NCBI GenBank assembly: GCA_017513125.1
Contig: JAFWDI010000017.1
Location: forward strand, 101,012-165,011
Reading direction: 5' to 3'
DNA length: 64,000 nt
DNA from: Lachnospiraceae bacterium
GTDB taxonomy: Bacteria > Bacillota > Clostridia > Lachnospirales > Lachnospiraceae
Below the pieces are notes generated by a model, which saw nothing but the letters and a program-made list of their open reading frames with translations, searched no databases and had not been told where the DNA came from. Below, piece after piece: positions 8,368 to 16,940 of this stretch (its first letter is position 1; each line of letters begins with the position of its first letter). The translations under genes were made by a program, and so were the position numbers.

Positions 8368-9726
8368 ATGAGTGACAGGATCTTCGAGGTCACACCCCAG
8401 ATCAGACAATACACAGAGCTGGCAAGGCGCCATGACACGATTCCTTCGGAGCTTTATGCGAAGAATAACGTTATGCGAGGCCTCCGCGACCTGAACGGAA
8501 ACGGCGTCATCACCGGACTGACCAGCATTTCCGAAGTGTACGCGAAGGAGATCGTCGACGGAAAGCGGATTCCCTGCCCCGGCGAACTGTATTACCGCGG
8601 ATATAACGTGAAGGATCTCATCCATGGCGCTGCCGCCGAGGGACGCTTCGTGTTCGAGGAGGCGGCCTATCTGCTTCTGAACGGCGAGCTCCCGAACGAG
8701 CGGGAACTGGCTGACTTTACCGCGGAACTGTCTTCGCGCCGGACGCTGCCCGCGAACTTTACGCGCGACGTGATCATGAAGGCTCCCACCCGGGACGTCA
8801 TGGTGAACCTGGCGAAAAGCGTTCTCGCGCTTTACTCTTATGACGTAAATCCCACGGACATCTCGCTGGAAAACGTCATGCGCCAGTGCATGAACCTGAT
8901 CGCGATCTTCCCGCGTCTGGCCATCCACAGCTACCACGCCTACCGTTACGTACAGGGCGACAGCCTCTACATCCACCAGCCGAAGCCGGAGCTCTCCACC
9001 GCGGAGAACATCCTGCATATGCTGCGGGCCGACATGCAGTATACGCCGTTCGAGGCGGCTACGCTCGACATGGCTCTGCTGCTGCACATGGAGCACGGCG
9101 GCGGTAATAACTCGACGTTCACGACCCGCGTGGTCACCTCATCCGGTTCGGATACTTATTCGACCATCGCGGCTGCCATCGGCTCCCTGAAGGGACCGAA
9201 GCACGGCGGCGCGAACGTGAAGGTCATGGAGATGTTCGACGACATTAAGGAACACGTCGGCGACTGGGCGGACGAGGAAGAGGTTTCCGCGTATCTGAAG
9301 AAGATCCTCGAGGGCGAAGCCTTCGACCGCACCGGCCTGATCTACGGTATCGGCCACGCGATCTACTCGGTATCCGATCCCCGTGCGGAGATCTTCCGCG
9401 AGTATGTCGGCCGCCTGGCCGAGGAGAAAGGCCGCGTCGAGGAGTACCGCCTGTATGAGACCGTGGCGCGGAAGGCGCCCGAGATCATCTCCGGAAACCG
9501 GAAGATGTATAAGGGCGTAAACACGAACGTCGACTTTTATTCGGGCTTTGTCTATAACATGCTCGGACTTCCCGAAGAGCTCTATACGCCGTTCTTCGCG
9601 GTGGCCCGCATCGTCGGATGGAGCGCGCACCGGCTCGAGGAGCTCGTGAGCGCGGAGAAGATCATCCGTCCGGCTTACATTGAGACCTCCGAGCGGAGAG
9701 CGTACACGAGGATCGAAGACAGATAA
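8368..9726 (+). CDS. citrate synthase
   Basis: 452 aa with citrate synthase blocks HMEHGGGNNSTF, LKGPKHGGAN and GIGHAIY..DPR. RBS GAAGGAG. Confidence 0.9.
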   Translation: MSDRIFEVTPQIRQYTELARRHDTIPSELYAKNNVMRGLRDLNGNGVITGLTSISEVYAKEIVDGKRIPCPGELYYRGYNVKDLIHGAAAEGRFVFEEAAYLLLNGELPNERELADFTAELSSRRTLPANFTRDVIMKAPTRDVMVNLAKSVLALYSYDVNPTDISLENVMRQCMNLIAIFPRLAIHSYHAYRYVQGDSLYIHQPKPELSTAENILHMLRADMQYTPFEAATLDMALLLHMEHGGGNNSTFTTRVVTSSGSDTYSTIAAAIGSLKGPKHGGANVKVMEMFDDIKEHVGDWADEEEVSAYLKKILEGEAFDRTGLIYGIGHAIYSVSDPRAEIFREYVGRLAEEKGRVEEYRLYETVARKAPEIISGNRKMYKGVNTNVDFYSGFVYNMLGLPEELYTPFFAVARIVGWSAHRLEELVSAEKIIRPAYIETSERRAYTRIEDR

Positions 9727-9750
9727 ACTGACTAAGGAGGAAACGGCCCT

Positions 9751-11769
9751 ATGAACAGGGGACCTTACTACATCACTACGGCAATCGCTTATACCTCGGG
9801 AAAACCGCACATCGGAAACACTTATGAGATCGTGCTCGCGGACGCGATCGCGCGTTACCGCCGCGCACAGGGCTACGACGTGCGCTTCCAGACAGGCACG
9901 GACGAGCACGGTCAGAAGATCGAAGATAAAGCCACCGCGCAGGGCCTATCGCCGAAGGAATTCGTCGACCGGACCGCGGGCGAGGTGAAGCGCATCTGGG
10001 ACCTGATGAACACGTCCTACGACCGCTTTATCCGGACCACGGACGCGGACCATGAGCTTCAGATCCAGAAGATGTTCCGGAAGATGTACGACCAGGGCGA
10101 CATCTATAAAGGTTCTTACGAGGGCATGTACTGTAAGGAGTGCGAGGCGTTTTACACCGCGTCGCAGATCGTGGACGGGAAGTGCCCCGACTGCGGCATG
10201 GAGGTGCATCCCGCCAGCGAGGAGGCGTATTTCTTCCGTATGAGTAAGTACGCGGACCGGCTGATCGAGCACATCGAGACGCATCCGGAGTTCATCCAGC
10301 CCGAGTCGCGGAAGAACGAGATGATGAATAACTTCCTGAAGCCCGGCCTGCAGGATCTCTGCGTGTCGCGGACGAGCTTCACCTGGGGCATCCCGGTGGA
10401 CTTCGACCCGAAGCACGTGGTCTACGTCTGGCTCGACGCGCTGTCGAACTATATCACCGGCCTGGGCTACGACGCGGACGGCGAGAGCGGGGAACTGTAT
10501 AAGAAGTACTGGCCCGCCGACCTTCAGGTGATCGGAAAGGACATCATCCGCTTCCACACGATCTACTGGCCCATCTTCCTGATGTCGCTGGGCGAGCCGC
10601 TTCCGAAGCAGGTGCTCGGCCATCCCTGGCTGCTGCTGGCGAAGAACGAGAAGCAGGACGACGAGGAAGCTCCCGTGAAGATGAGCAAATCGCGGGGCAA
10701 TGTCATTTACGCCGACGACCTCGTGGACATCTTCGGCGTGGACGCGGTGCGCTACTACGTGCTTCACGAGATGCCTTTCGACAATGACGGCACGATCTCC
10801 TGGGAGCTGGTCGTGGAGCGTGTGAACTCCGACCTGGCGAACACCCTGGGGAACCTCGTGAACCGCACGATCTCGATGACGAACAAATACTTTGGCGGCG
10901 AAGTGCGGCAGACCGGCGCGGTGAACGATGTGGATGCGGACCTGAAGGCCGTCACGCTCGACGCGGTGAAGAAGACCGAAGAGAAGATGGAGCAGAACCG
11001 CGTGGCGGACGCGCTGACCGAGATCTTTAACATCTTCCGCCGTTCGAATAAATATATCGACGAGACCATGCCCTGGGCCCTCGCGAAGGACGAGGCGCAG
11101 AAGGACCGCCTGGCCGAGGTGCTCTATAACCTGACCGAGGCGATCACGATCGGAGCGAGCTTGCTCGCGCCGTTCCTGCCCGAGACCGGGGAGCGGATCC
11201 TCGCGCAGCTGGGCGCGGAGGCGCGGAACTTCGACGATATGGACCGCTTCGGGCTGCTGCCCGACGGTACGAAGGTCACGGAGAAGCCCGAGATCCTGTT
11301 CGCCAGACTCGACGAGGCTGAGGTCCTGGCGAAGGCCGACGCGATCGCAGAGAAGCAGATGGCCGCGGCGGGTGCGCCCGCGGAAGACGCCGGCGACGAC
11401 GCTGGCGACGAGGAGAGATATCCTTTCACCGAGGCGAAGGCCGAGGTCGGCATTGACGATTTCGCGAAGCTGCAGTTCCGCGTGGGCGAGGTCATTGCCA
11501 GCGAGAAGGCGAAGAAGTCGAAGAAGCTGCTCGTGAACCAGGTGAAGATCGGACGCGAGACCAGACAGATCGTGTCCGGCATCGCGAAGCAGTACACACC
11601 CGAGGAGATGGTCGGGAAGAAGGTCATCGTGATCACGAACCTGAAGCCCGCGGTGCTGGCCGGCTACGAGTCGCAGGGCATGATCCTGTGCGCGGAGGAC
11701 GCGGACGGGAACCTGAGCCTGCTGACCGTGGAGGATGCGGCGTTCCCGGGCGGATCCGAGGTGGGCTGA
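9751..11769 (+). CDS. metG: methionine--tRNA ligase with C-terminal tRNA-binding domain
   Basis: YYITTAIAYTSGKPHIGN (HIGH-type motif), KMSKSRGN, and a C-terminal EMAP/Trbp111-like OB domain. Confidence 0.95.
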   Translation: MNRGPYYITTAIAYTSGKPHIGNTYEIVLADAIARYRRAQGYDVRFQTGTDEHGQKIEDKATAQGLSPKEFVDRTAGEVKRIWDLMNTSYDRFIRTTDADHELQIQKMFRKMYDQGDIYKGSYEGMYCKECEAFYTASQIVDGKCPDCGMEVHPASEEAYFFRMSKYADRLIEHIETHPEFIQPESRKNEMMNNFLKPGLQDLCVSRTSFTWGIPVDFDPKHVVYVWLDALSNYITGLGYDADGESGELYKKYWPADLQVIGKDIIRFHTIYWPIFLMSLGEPLPKQVLGHPWLLLAKNEKQDDEEAPVKMSKSRGNVIYADDLVDIFGVDAVRYYVLHEMPFDNDGTISWELVVERVNSDLANTLGNLVNRTISMTNKYFGGEVRQTGAVNDVDADLKAVTLDAVKKTEEKMEQNRVADALTEIFNIFRRSNKYIDETMPWALAKDEAQKDRLAEVLYNLTEAITIGASLLAPFLPETGERILAQLGAEARNFDDMDRFGLLPDGTKVTEKPEILFARLDEAEVLAKADAIAEKQMAAAGAPAEDAGDDAGDEERYPFTEAKAEVGIDDFAKLQFRVGEVIASEKAKKSKKLLVNQVKIGRETRQIVSGIAKQYTPEEMVGKKVIVITNLKPAVLAGYESQGMILCAEDADGNLSLLTVEDAAFPGGSEVG

Positions 11770-11808
11770 TCCCCGCCGGACGGGTTCGGGCCGGTTTCAG
11801 GAGGAAGT

Positions 11809-12219
11809 ATGAGCAGCAACGCTGATTATAAGAAAAAGTATCTGTCGATCGCCGCGGTGATCGTGGTGTTCATCGTTTACAGTCTCATTCGCGCCGGGCA
11901 CTACGTGACCGTCAGCAACCCTTCGCCGAACGAGATCCGGATGGAGGCGAAGGCCGCCCGGGAGGGCGGCAGCGGCGTCGGCTATCTGACGCTCGAGGAC
12001 GGGCAGGACATCGTGATCACGACGGATCTGCGGGAAGGCTCCTCCGTGCTGGTCGAAGTGTTCATCGAGGGCGCGGACGGCGAGCCGGTGCAGGTCTACA
12101 GCGATACGTTCTTCGTCGGGGAGACCGATACCATCGATTTTACCGACGGGGGCGAGTATGCCGTCCGCTTCACTGCGCATGAAGGCACCACCGGCCGGAT
12201 GACGGCCACGATAGGGTAG
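11809..12219 (+). CDS. hypothetical membrane-anchored protein (136 aa)
   Basis: AGGAGG RBS, an N-terminal TM helix (LSIAAVIVVFIVYSLI) and a beta-rich ectodomain. No family recognised. Confidence 0.6.
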   Translation: MSSNADYKKKYLSIAAVIVVFIVYSLIRAGHYVTVSNPSPNEIRMEAKAAREGGSGVGYLTLEDGQDIVITTDLREGSSVLVEVFIEGADGEPVQVYSDTFFVGETDTIDFTDGGEYAVRFTAHEGTTGRMTATIG

Positions 12220-12268
12220 GGCGCGGACCGCATCGCATCGAAATGATCCGGAATGATAAGGAAGAGGG

Positions 12269-12309
12269 GGCAGCTGCCGGAGGGATCCGGCGGCTGTCTT
12301 TTTCTTTTT
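12269..12309 (+). terminator. rho-independent terminator
   Basis: 12-bp stem (12269-12280/12287-12298, two G-U pairs) followed by tttttcttttt. Confidence 0.8.
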
Positions 12310-12381
12310 GTATGGGCAATGCAGGCCGGCCGCGGGCCGCGGCGCTCGCCGTGATGCTGTGAAAAGGCGATCGGGATGTGA

Positions 12382-12410
12382 TTGCCCGAGCGCGGCGCAT
12401 CGTTTAAAAT
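12382..12410 (+). promoter_or_regulatory. candidate promoter of enoate reductase paralog 2
   Basis: TTGCCC, a 17-nt spacer, then TAAAAT. Confidence 0.4.
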
Positions 12411-12478
12411 AGACCTGAATGTGAGACATGTGCCGGCGGGGCCGGCATTGGACAGAACAGAAAGATCAGGAGGTCATT

Positions 12479-14503
12479 ATGTCGAAACTTCAGTACGAAC
12501 ACCTTTTCACGCCCATTCGCTGCGGCGGCATTACGTTTAAGAACCGCCTGTTTTCCTCGCCCCAGGACTATCCCGGGCTGACGAGCGGAGAGCGGTTTCT
12601 GACGGAAGAGGCGGCGTATTTTTATGAGAGAAAGGCAGCCGGCGGCTTCGCGGCGGTCTGCGTCGGCGATGTGATCGTGGACGCGGATCACGGCCGCAGC
12701 CATCCCTTCCAGATGCGCGGTCTGGATCCCATGGCGAAGGTGAACATGACCCGCGTTTCCACTGCTATTAAGCGCCACACCGCGGTTCCGTCGGTCGAAC
12801 TGTGCCACGCGGGAAAGAACGCCTCGGTCGACCTGATGCCGGAAGGCGAGAAGTTCGTCTACGGCCCGGTCGAGTGGGAGCGTCCGGACGGCGTGCTGGT
12901 GCGTCAGCTGGACGACGAAGGCATCGAAAAGCTGATCTGGCATTATACGAATGCCGCGGTCTTCGCGATGCAGACCGGCTATAAGATGATCACGCTGCAC
13001 GGCGGCCACGGCTGGCAGATCCACCAGTTCATCTCCCCGACCGAGAACACCCGCACGGATAAGTGGGGCGGCAGCATCGAGAACCGCATGCGCTTCCCGC
13101 TGGCGGTCATCGAGTCGATCCGGAAGGCCATCGGCCCGCGCGTGCCGATCGAGTTCCGCATGAGCGGTTCGGAGAACCTGCCGTGGGGCTATGACATTGA
13201 CGAGGGCATCGAGATCGCGAAGATGCTCGACGGCAAGGTCGACATCATTCACGTGTCCACGGGCCACCACGAGATCGATCTGGCCAGCATGCGCACGCAT
13301 CCGACCATGTTCCTGGAGGACGGCTGTAATCTTCAGTACGCGGAGAAGATCAAGGCGGTCGTCTCCACGCCGGTCTCGACGGTCGGCGCCTATACGGATC
13401 CGGAGATGATGGAAGACATCATCGCGAGCGGGAAGGCGGATATCATCTGTATGGGCCGCCAGACGCTGGCCGATCCCGACCTGCCGATCAAGGCGCGCGC
13501 CGGAAAGCGCGACGAGATCCGTCCGTGCCTGCGCTGCTTCAACTGCTTCTCGAACAGCACGGTCGACGGCGTGTTCTACTGCGCGGTGAACCCGGAGATC
13601 GGACGCGAGGCGGCGTCGATGTTCCGGAAGGCTCCGAAGTTTAAGAAGAAAGTCCTCGTGGCGGGCGGCGGCCCCGGCGGCATGCAGGCGGCACTCACCG
13701 CCGCGGAGCAGGGCCATCAGGTCATCCTCTGCGAGAAGAGCGGACGCCTGGGCGGCGCGCTGCTTTGCGAGGAGAAGATTCCGTTTAAGAAGAACCTCGG
13801 GATCTACCTGGACCGCCAGGCCCGGATGTGCGAGAAGGATCCCGCGATCGAGGTGCGTCTGAACTGCGCGGTGACGCCGGAACTCGTTGAGGAGATCGCG
13901 CCCGACGCGGTCATCGCGGCGATGGGCGCCCGGCCGGTGAAGCCTCCGGTGCCGGGCATTGACCTGCCGAAGGTCGTCGGCGCGGAGGAGGTCTACCTTG
14001 ACATCGATAAGGCAGGACAGAAGGTCGTCATCATGGGCGGCGGCCTGGTCGGCCTCGAGCTCGGAGTGTATCTCGCGGAGAACGGCCGCGAGGTCACGGT
14101 CGTCGAGATGATGCCCGGCACGCTCGTGACCCCGCCGGAGGGCGGCACGAGCGAGCGCTTCGGCGGCGTTATGGATATGCCCGCGGGTTATCCGCTGGTG
14201 CAGGGCGTGGCGCTGATGGTGAAGCTGGAGTCCCTCCCGAACATGAAGGTGAAGCCGTCCACAAAAGCGCTTGAGATCAATGATGAGGGCCTGGTCGTCG
14301 AGACGAAGGGCGAGCAGTACCTGATTCCGGCGGACACCGTGATCTACGCGGTGGGCCAGCGGCCGGAGACCGCTGCGGCGGAGGCAATCGCGGCGGTGTC
14401 GCCCGAGTTCTACCAGATCGGCGACTGCGTGCTGCCGGCGAACGTCTATGAGGCGACGTCGCAGGCGTGGCAGATCGCGGTGGATATCGGACAGATCATT
14501 TGA
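12479..14503 (+). CDS. 2-enoate reductase / NADH:flavin oxidoreductase, paralog 2
   Basis: MSKLQYEHLF start with AGGAGG RBS. Same architecture as 1718-3718 (HGGHGWQIHQFISP.ENTRTDKWGG; CLRCFNCF...C; VLVAGGGPGGMQAA). Confidence 0.85.
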   Translation: MSKLQYEHLFTPIRCGGITFKNRLFSSPQDYPGLTSGERFLTEEAAYFYERKAAGGFAAVCVGDVIVDADHGRSHPFQMRGLDPMAKVNMTRVSTAIKRHTAVPSVELCHAGKNASVDLMPEGEKFVYGPVEWERPDGVLVRQLDDEGIEKLIWHYTNAAVFAMQTGYKMITLHGGHGWQIHQFISPTENTRTDKWGGSIENRMRFPLAVIESIRKAIGPRVPIEFRMSGSENLPWGYDIDEGIEIAKMLDGKVDIIHVSTGHHEIDLASMRTHPTMFLEDGCNLQYAEKIKAVVSTPVSTVGAYTDPEMMEDIIASGKADIICMGRQTLADPDLPIKARAGKRDEIRPCLRCFNCFSNSTVDGVFYCAVNPEIGREAASMFRKAPKFKKKVLVAGGGPGGMQAALTAAEQGHQVILCEKSGRLGGALLCEEKIPFKKNLGIYLDRQARMCEKDPAIEVRLNCAVTPELVEEIAPDAVIAAMGARPVKPPVPGIDLPKVVGAEEVYLDIDKAGQKVVIMGGGLVGLELGVYLAENGREVTVVEMMPGTLVTPPEGGTSERFGGVMDMPAGYPLVQGVALMVKLESLPNMKVKPSTKALEINDEGLVVETKGEQYLIPADTVIYAVGQRPETAAAEAIAAVSPEFYQIGDCVLPANVYEATSQAWQIAVDIGQII

Positions 14504-14516
14504 GGATTTCGTGAAG

Positions 14517-14569
14517 GCGCAGCGGACAGCGAACAGCCCGAAGGGCTGTGAGATGGAGCGCTGCGGCGC
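14517..14569 (+). repeat. possible truncated copy (mid-rod only) of the structured element
   Basis: gcgcagcggacagcgaacagccc-gaa-gggctgtgagatggagcgctgcg resembles both arms of the U3 rod (1510-1527/1638-1657). The apical junction is replaced by a GAA loop. Confidence 0.35.
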
Positions 14570-14614
14570 TCGGTCCGCATGAACGTGCGCGGCCGCAGGA
14601 AAGCGTAATAACAC

Positions 14615-14648
14615 AAAAAAACGTCCCCGATCTCTCGGAGACGTTTTT
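14615..14648. terminator. bidirectional terminator (enoate reductase 2 / tRNA-Lys)
   Basis: Hairpin 14621-14644 flanked by an A run on the left and a T run on the right. Confidence 0.75.
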
Positions 14649-14650
14649 CA

Positions 14651-14723
14651 TGCACCCTCGGGGGCTCGAACCCCGGACACCCTGATTAAGAGTCAGGTGC
14701 TCTGCCAGCTGAGCTAAGGGTGC
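14651..14723 (-). tRNA. tRNA-Lys (anticodon CTT)
   Basis: Reverse complement: GCACCCT-TA-GCTC-AGCTGGC-AGAGC-A-CCTGA-CTCTTAA-TCAGG-GTGTC-CGGGG-TTCGAGC-CCCCG-AGGGTGC-A. Confidence 0.9.
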
Positions 14724-14851
14724 ATAACTGTCCGCCCGTGTTTCGAGCGAACAGGCGTATTATATAACTCGATGAAAAGTATTGCAAGCGTTTTTTCACG
14801 TAATTCGGAAAGAAGCGCCCGCCGCACCCGCCGGTGCCCTGTGAACGCCGC

Positions 14852-15166
14852 TTACAGCTGCGCGTCCAGTTTCGCCGCGAGAGCCGCCTTCGGCATCACG
14901 CCGACTACCTCGTCGACTTCCTCGCCGCCCTTGAAGATCTTCAGGGTGGGGACTGCCTGGATCATGAATTCCATGGCCTTACTGCCCTGGTCGATGTCGT
15001 ACTTTCCGAAGATGACCTTCCCTTCGTACTCTCTCTCCAGCTGCTCGAGGGTCGGAGCCAGCATCTTGCACGGTCCGCACCAGGTCGCGAAGAAATCGAC
15101 GAGTACGGGCTGCTTCGCCTTCATAACGACTTCGTCAAAGTTCGCGTCATTTAATACCTGAATCAT
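14852..15166 (-). CDS. trxA: thioredoxin
   Basis: MIQVLNDANFDEVV...FFATWCGPCKMLAP carries the WCGPC active site. Start is either ATG 15166 or 15172 behind AAGGAAG; the upstream extension in the ORF track is rejected. Confidence 0.9.
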   Translation of the reverse strand: MIQVLNDANFDEVVMKAKQPVLVDFFATWCGPCKMLAPTLEQLEREYEGKVIFGKYDIDQGSKAMEFMIQAVPTLKIFKGGEEVDEVVGVMPKAALAAKLDAQL

Positions 15167-15281
15167 TTTCATACTTCCTTTCTTTATGATGTCTCCGCAC
15201 TGCGCGGGCTCTGTCCGCCGCGCCGCGGAATGTTTCGGGTTCCGGGACGGCCGCGCCTTCGCGCCCCTGCCGTCCGTATCA

Positions 15282-16031
15282 TTATAATTTACTTGCAATG
15301 AGCTTGCAAATAGGCTTTCCCTTGCCGGAAAACTTTTCTTCGTACTCGGTCATGATCCGGACGCGGATCAGCATGCGTTCCTCGCTTTCGTCCGGGCCGG
15401 AGAGATCCCCGGCGCCGGCACGGCTCTCCGCATCGGCACAGTCCGCGATTCCCGCTGCCGCGAGCCCGCGTTCCGCGTAATACGCGTGGAGGTCGAAGGT
15501 CTTCGCGAGCACGGTCCAGCCGTTCGCCGCCAGTTCCTCGAGCGAGAAATCGAACAGTTCGCGGTTATCGGTCTTGAACTCGATCGTGCCGCCCGGCCGC
15601 AGGATCTGTTCGTACATCGCGAGGTAGCGCCCCGAGGTCAGCCGCCGGTCCGCATGCCGCTTCTTCGGCCAGGGATCCGAAAAATTCAGGTAGATCCGGT
15701 CGAGCTCGCCTTCCGCGAATACTTCGGTGAGGGTGCTCGCGTACAGGCAGGCGAAGCGCAGATTCTCGCGGAACGGACATCCTTCGAGGCGCCGCAGGCC
15801 CTTATAGATCACGCTCGTGTATTTGTCGATGCCGATATAGTCCGTTCCCGGATCCGCCGCGGCCAGCTCCGTGATGAAGCGTCCTTTTCCGCAGCCGAAC
15901 TCGGCTTCTAGCTTCCGGCGGTCCCGCGCGAAGAATTCCCGCCAGCGCCCCCGCAGCCCCTCGGGCTCCGCGGCCGCATAAGGGCTGTTCATGAAATAGT
16001 CATGTGATTCCGGTATGTTTCTCAGTCTCAT
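15282..16031 (-). CDS. trmB: tRNA (guanine46-N7)-methyltransferase
   Basis: EFGCGKGRF SAM motif and LNFSDPWPKKRHADRRL block. ATG 16031 is preceded by GAGGAAG. About 40 extra acidic residues lie near the C-terminus. Confidence 0.85.
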   Translation of the reverse strand: MRLRNIPESHDYFMNSPYAAAEPEGLRGRWREFFARDRRKLEAEFGCGKGRFITELAAADPGTDYIGIDKYTSVIYKGLRRLEGCPFRENLRFACLYASTLTEVFAEGELDRIYLNFSDPWPKKRHADRRLTSGRYLAMYEQILRPGGTIEFKTDNRELFDFSLEELAANGWTVLAKTFDLHAYYAERGLAAAGIADCADAESRAGAGDLSGPDESEERMLIRVRIMTEYEEKFSGKGKPICKLIASKL

Positions 16032-16234
16032 GATCTTCCTCACTGCGGACGGCAGCCTCGGCGCACCGGGCGTTTTCGCCGCTCTGAGAGTGTATCACAT
16101 GCAGACATGAGCCGAAAGCAAAAAGTACGGTGAATGCAGGCATTGCCCCCGGGTAGAATCTGTTATATAGTATATGAGTTATATTGGCATACTATGGGCA
16201 GTATGCCCGGAAAGTTTTTCCGGAGTTGGGACGT

Positions 16235-16939
16235 ATGAAAAAACTACTGTACATCCCGGGTGTGATCCTCGCGCTGTGCGCGCTCATGACCGTCTTCCTC
16301 TCGAGCATCGAGTCGGTGATCTACGGCGGCATGGAGCTCTACGAGACCGAGTACGAGAAGTACCGGGTCTGCGAGCTCATGGACATGGAGATGGACGATC
16401 TCCTGGACGTCATGGAGCACACGATCGAGTACATGCGCGGGAACGAGGACGAGTTTCAGGTCACGACGACCGTGGCGGGCGAACGCGTGGAGTTTTACAA
16501 TGAGCGCGAGACCGCCCACATGATCGACGTCCGGGCGCTCGTGATCGGCGCGTTTTTCCTGAGGGCGGCGCTCGTCTGCGCCGCGCTGGGGTGTCTGCTG
16601 ATCATTCTGGCGGCGCGGCCGCCGAGGCTCGCGCGGCTGCTCGCGGTGAGCTTCCTGGCGGGGACGGTCATTTTCCTGGCGTTCATCGCGTTCATCGCAG
16701 TGTTCGCGGCGGTCGATTTTACGGCGTTCTGGACCCGCTTCCACGGCGTTCTTTTTACGAATGACCTGTGGCTGCTGGACCCGGCGACCGACCGCATGAT
16801 AAACATCTGCCCGGAGGGGCTCTTCCACGACATGGTCGTGATGATCAGCGTGCGCTTCGGCATTGCCGCCGCGGCGATCCTGGCCGTTTCGGCCGCGGTC
16901 ACGGCGAAGACACGGAAACCACATGAAAAGAGAGCATGA
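16235..16939 (+). CDS. integral membrane protein (family I recall as TIGR01906)
   Basis: MKKLLYIPGV start. Several TM helices and the characteristic FH..LF.ND.W..DP..D..I...PE.F block (FHGVLFTNDLWLLDPATDRMINICPEGLF). Confidence 0.7.
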   Translation: MKKLLYIPGVILALCALMTVFLSSIESVIYGGMELYETEYEKYRVCELMDMEMDDLLDVMEHTIEYMRGNEDEFQVTTTVAGERVEFYNERETAHMIDVRALVIGAFFLRAALVCAALGCLLIILAARPPRLARLLAVSFLAGTVIFLAFIAFIAVFAAVDFTAFWTRFHGVLFTNDLWLLDPATDRMINICPEGLFHDMVVMISVRFGIAAAAILAVSAAVTAKTRKPHEKRA

Positions 16940-16940
16940 G

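Noticed and set aside
9727-9750. T-box leaders for metG, and for proS at 24781-24880
   Set aside because: The upstream gaps are only 24 nt and 100 nt. No specifier, T-box or antiterminator elements are present.
12404-14614. 736-aa minus-strand ORF
   Set aside because: Same artefact, opposite enoate reductase paralog 2.
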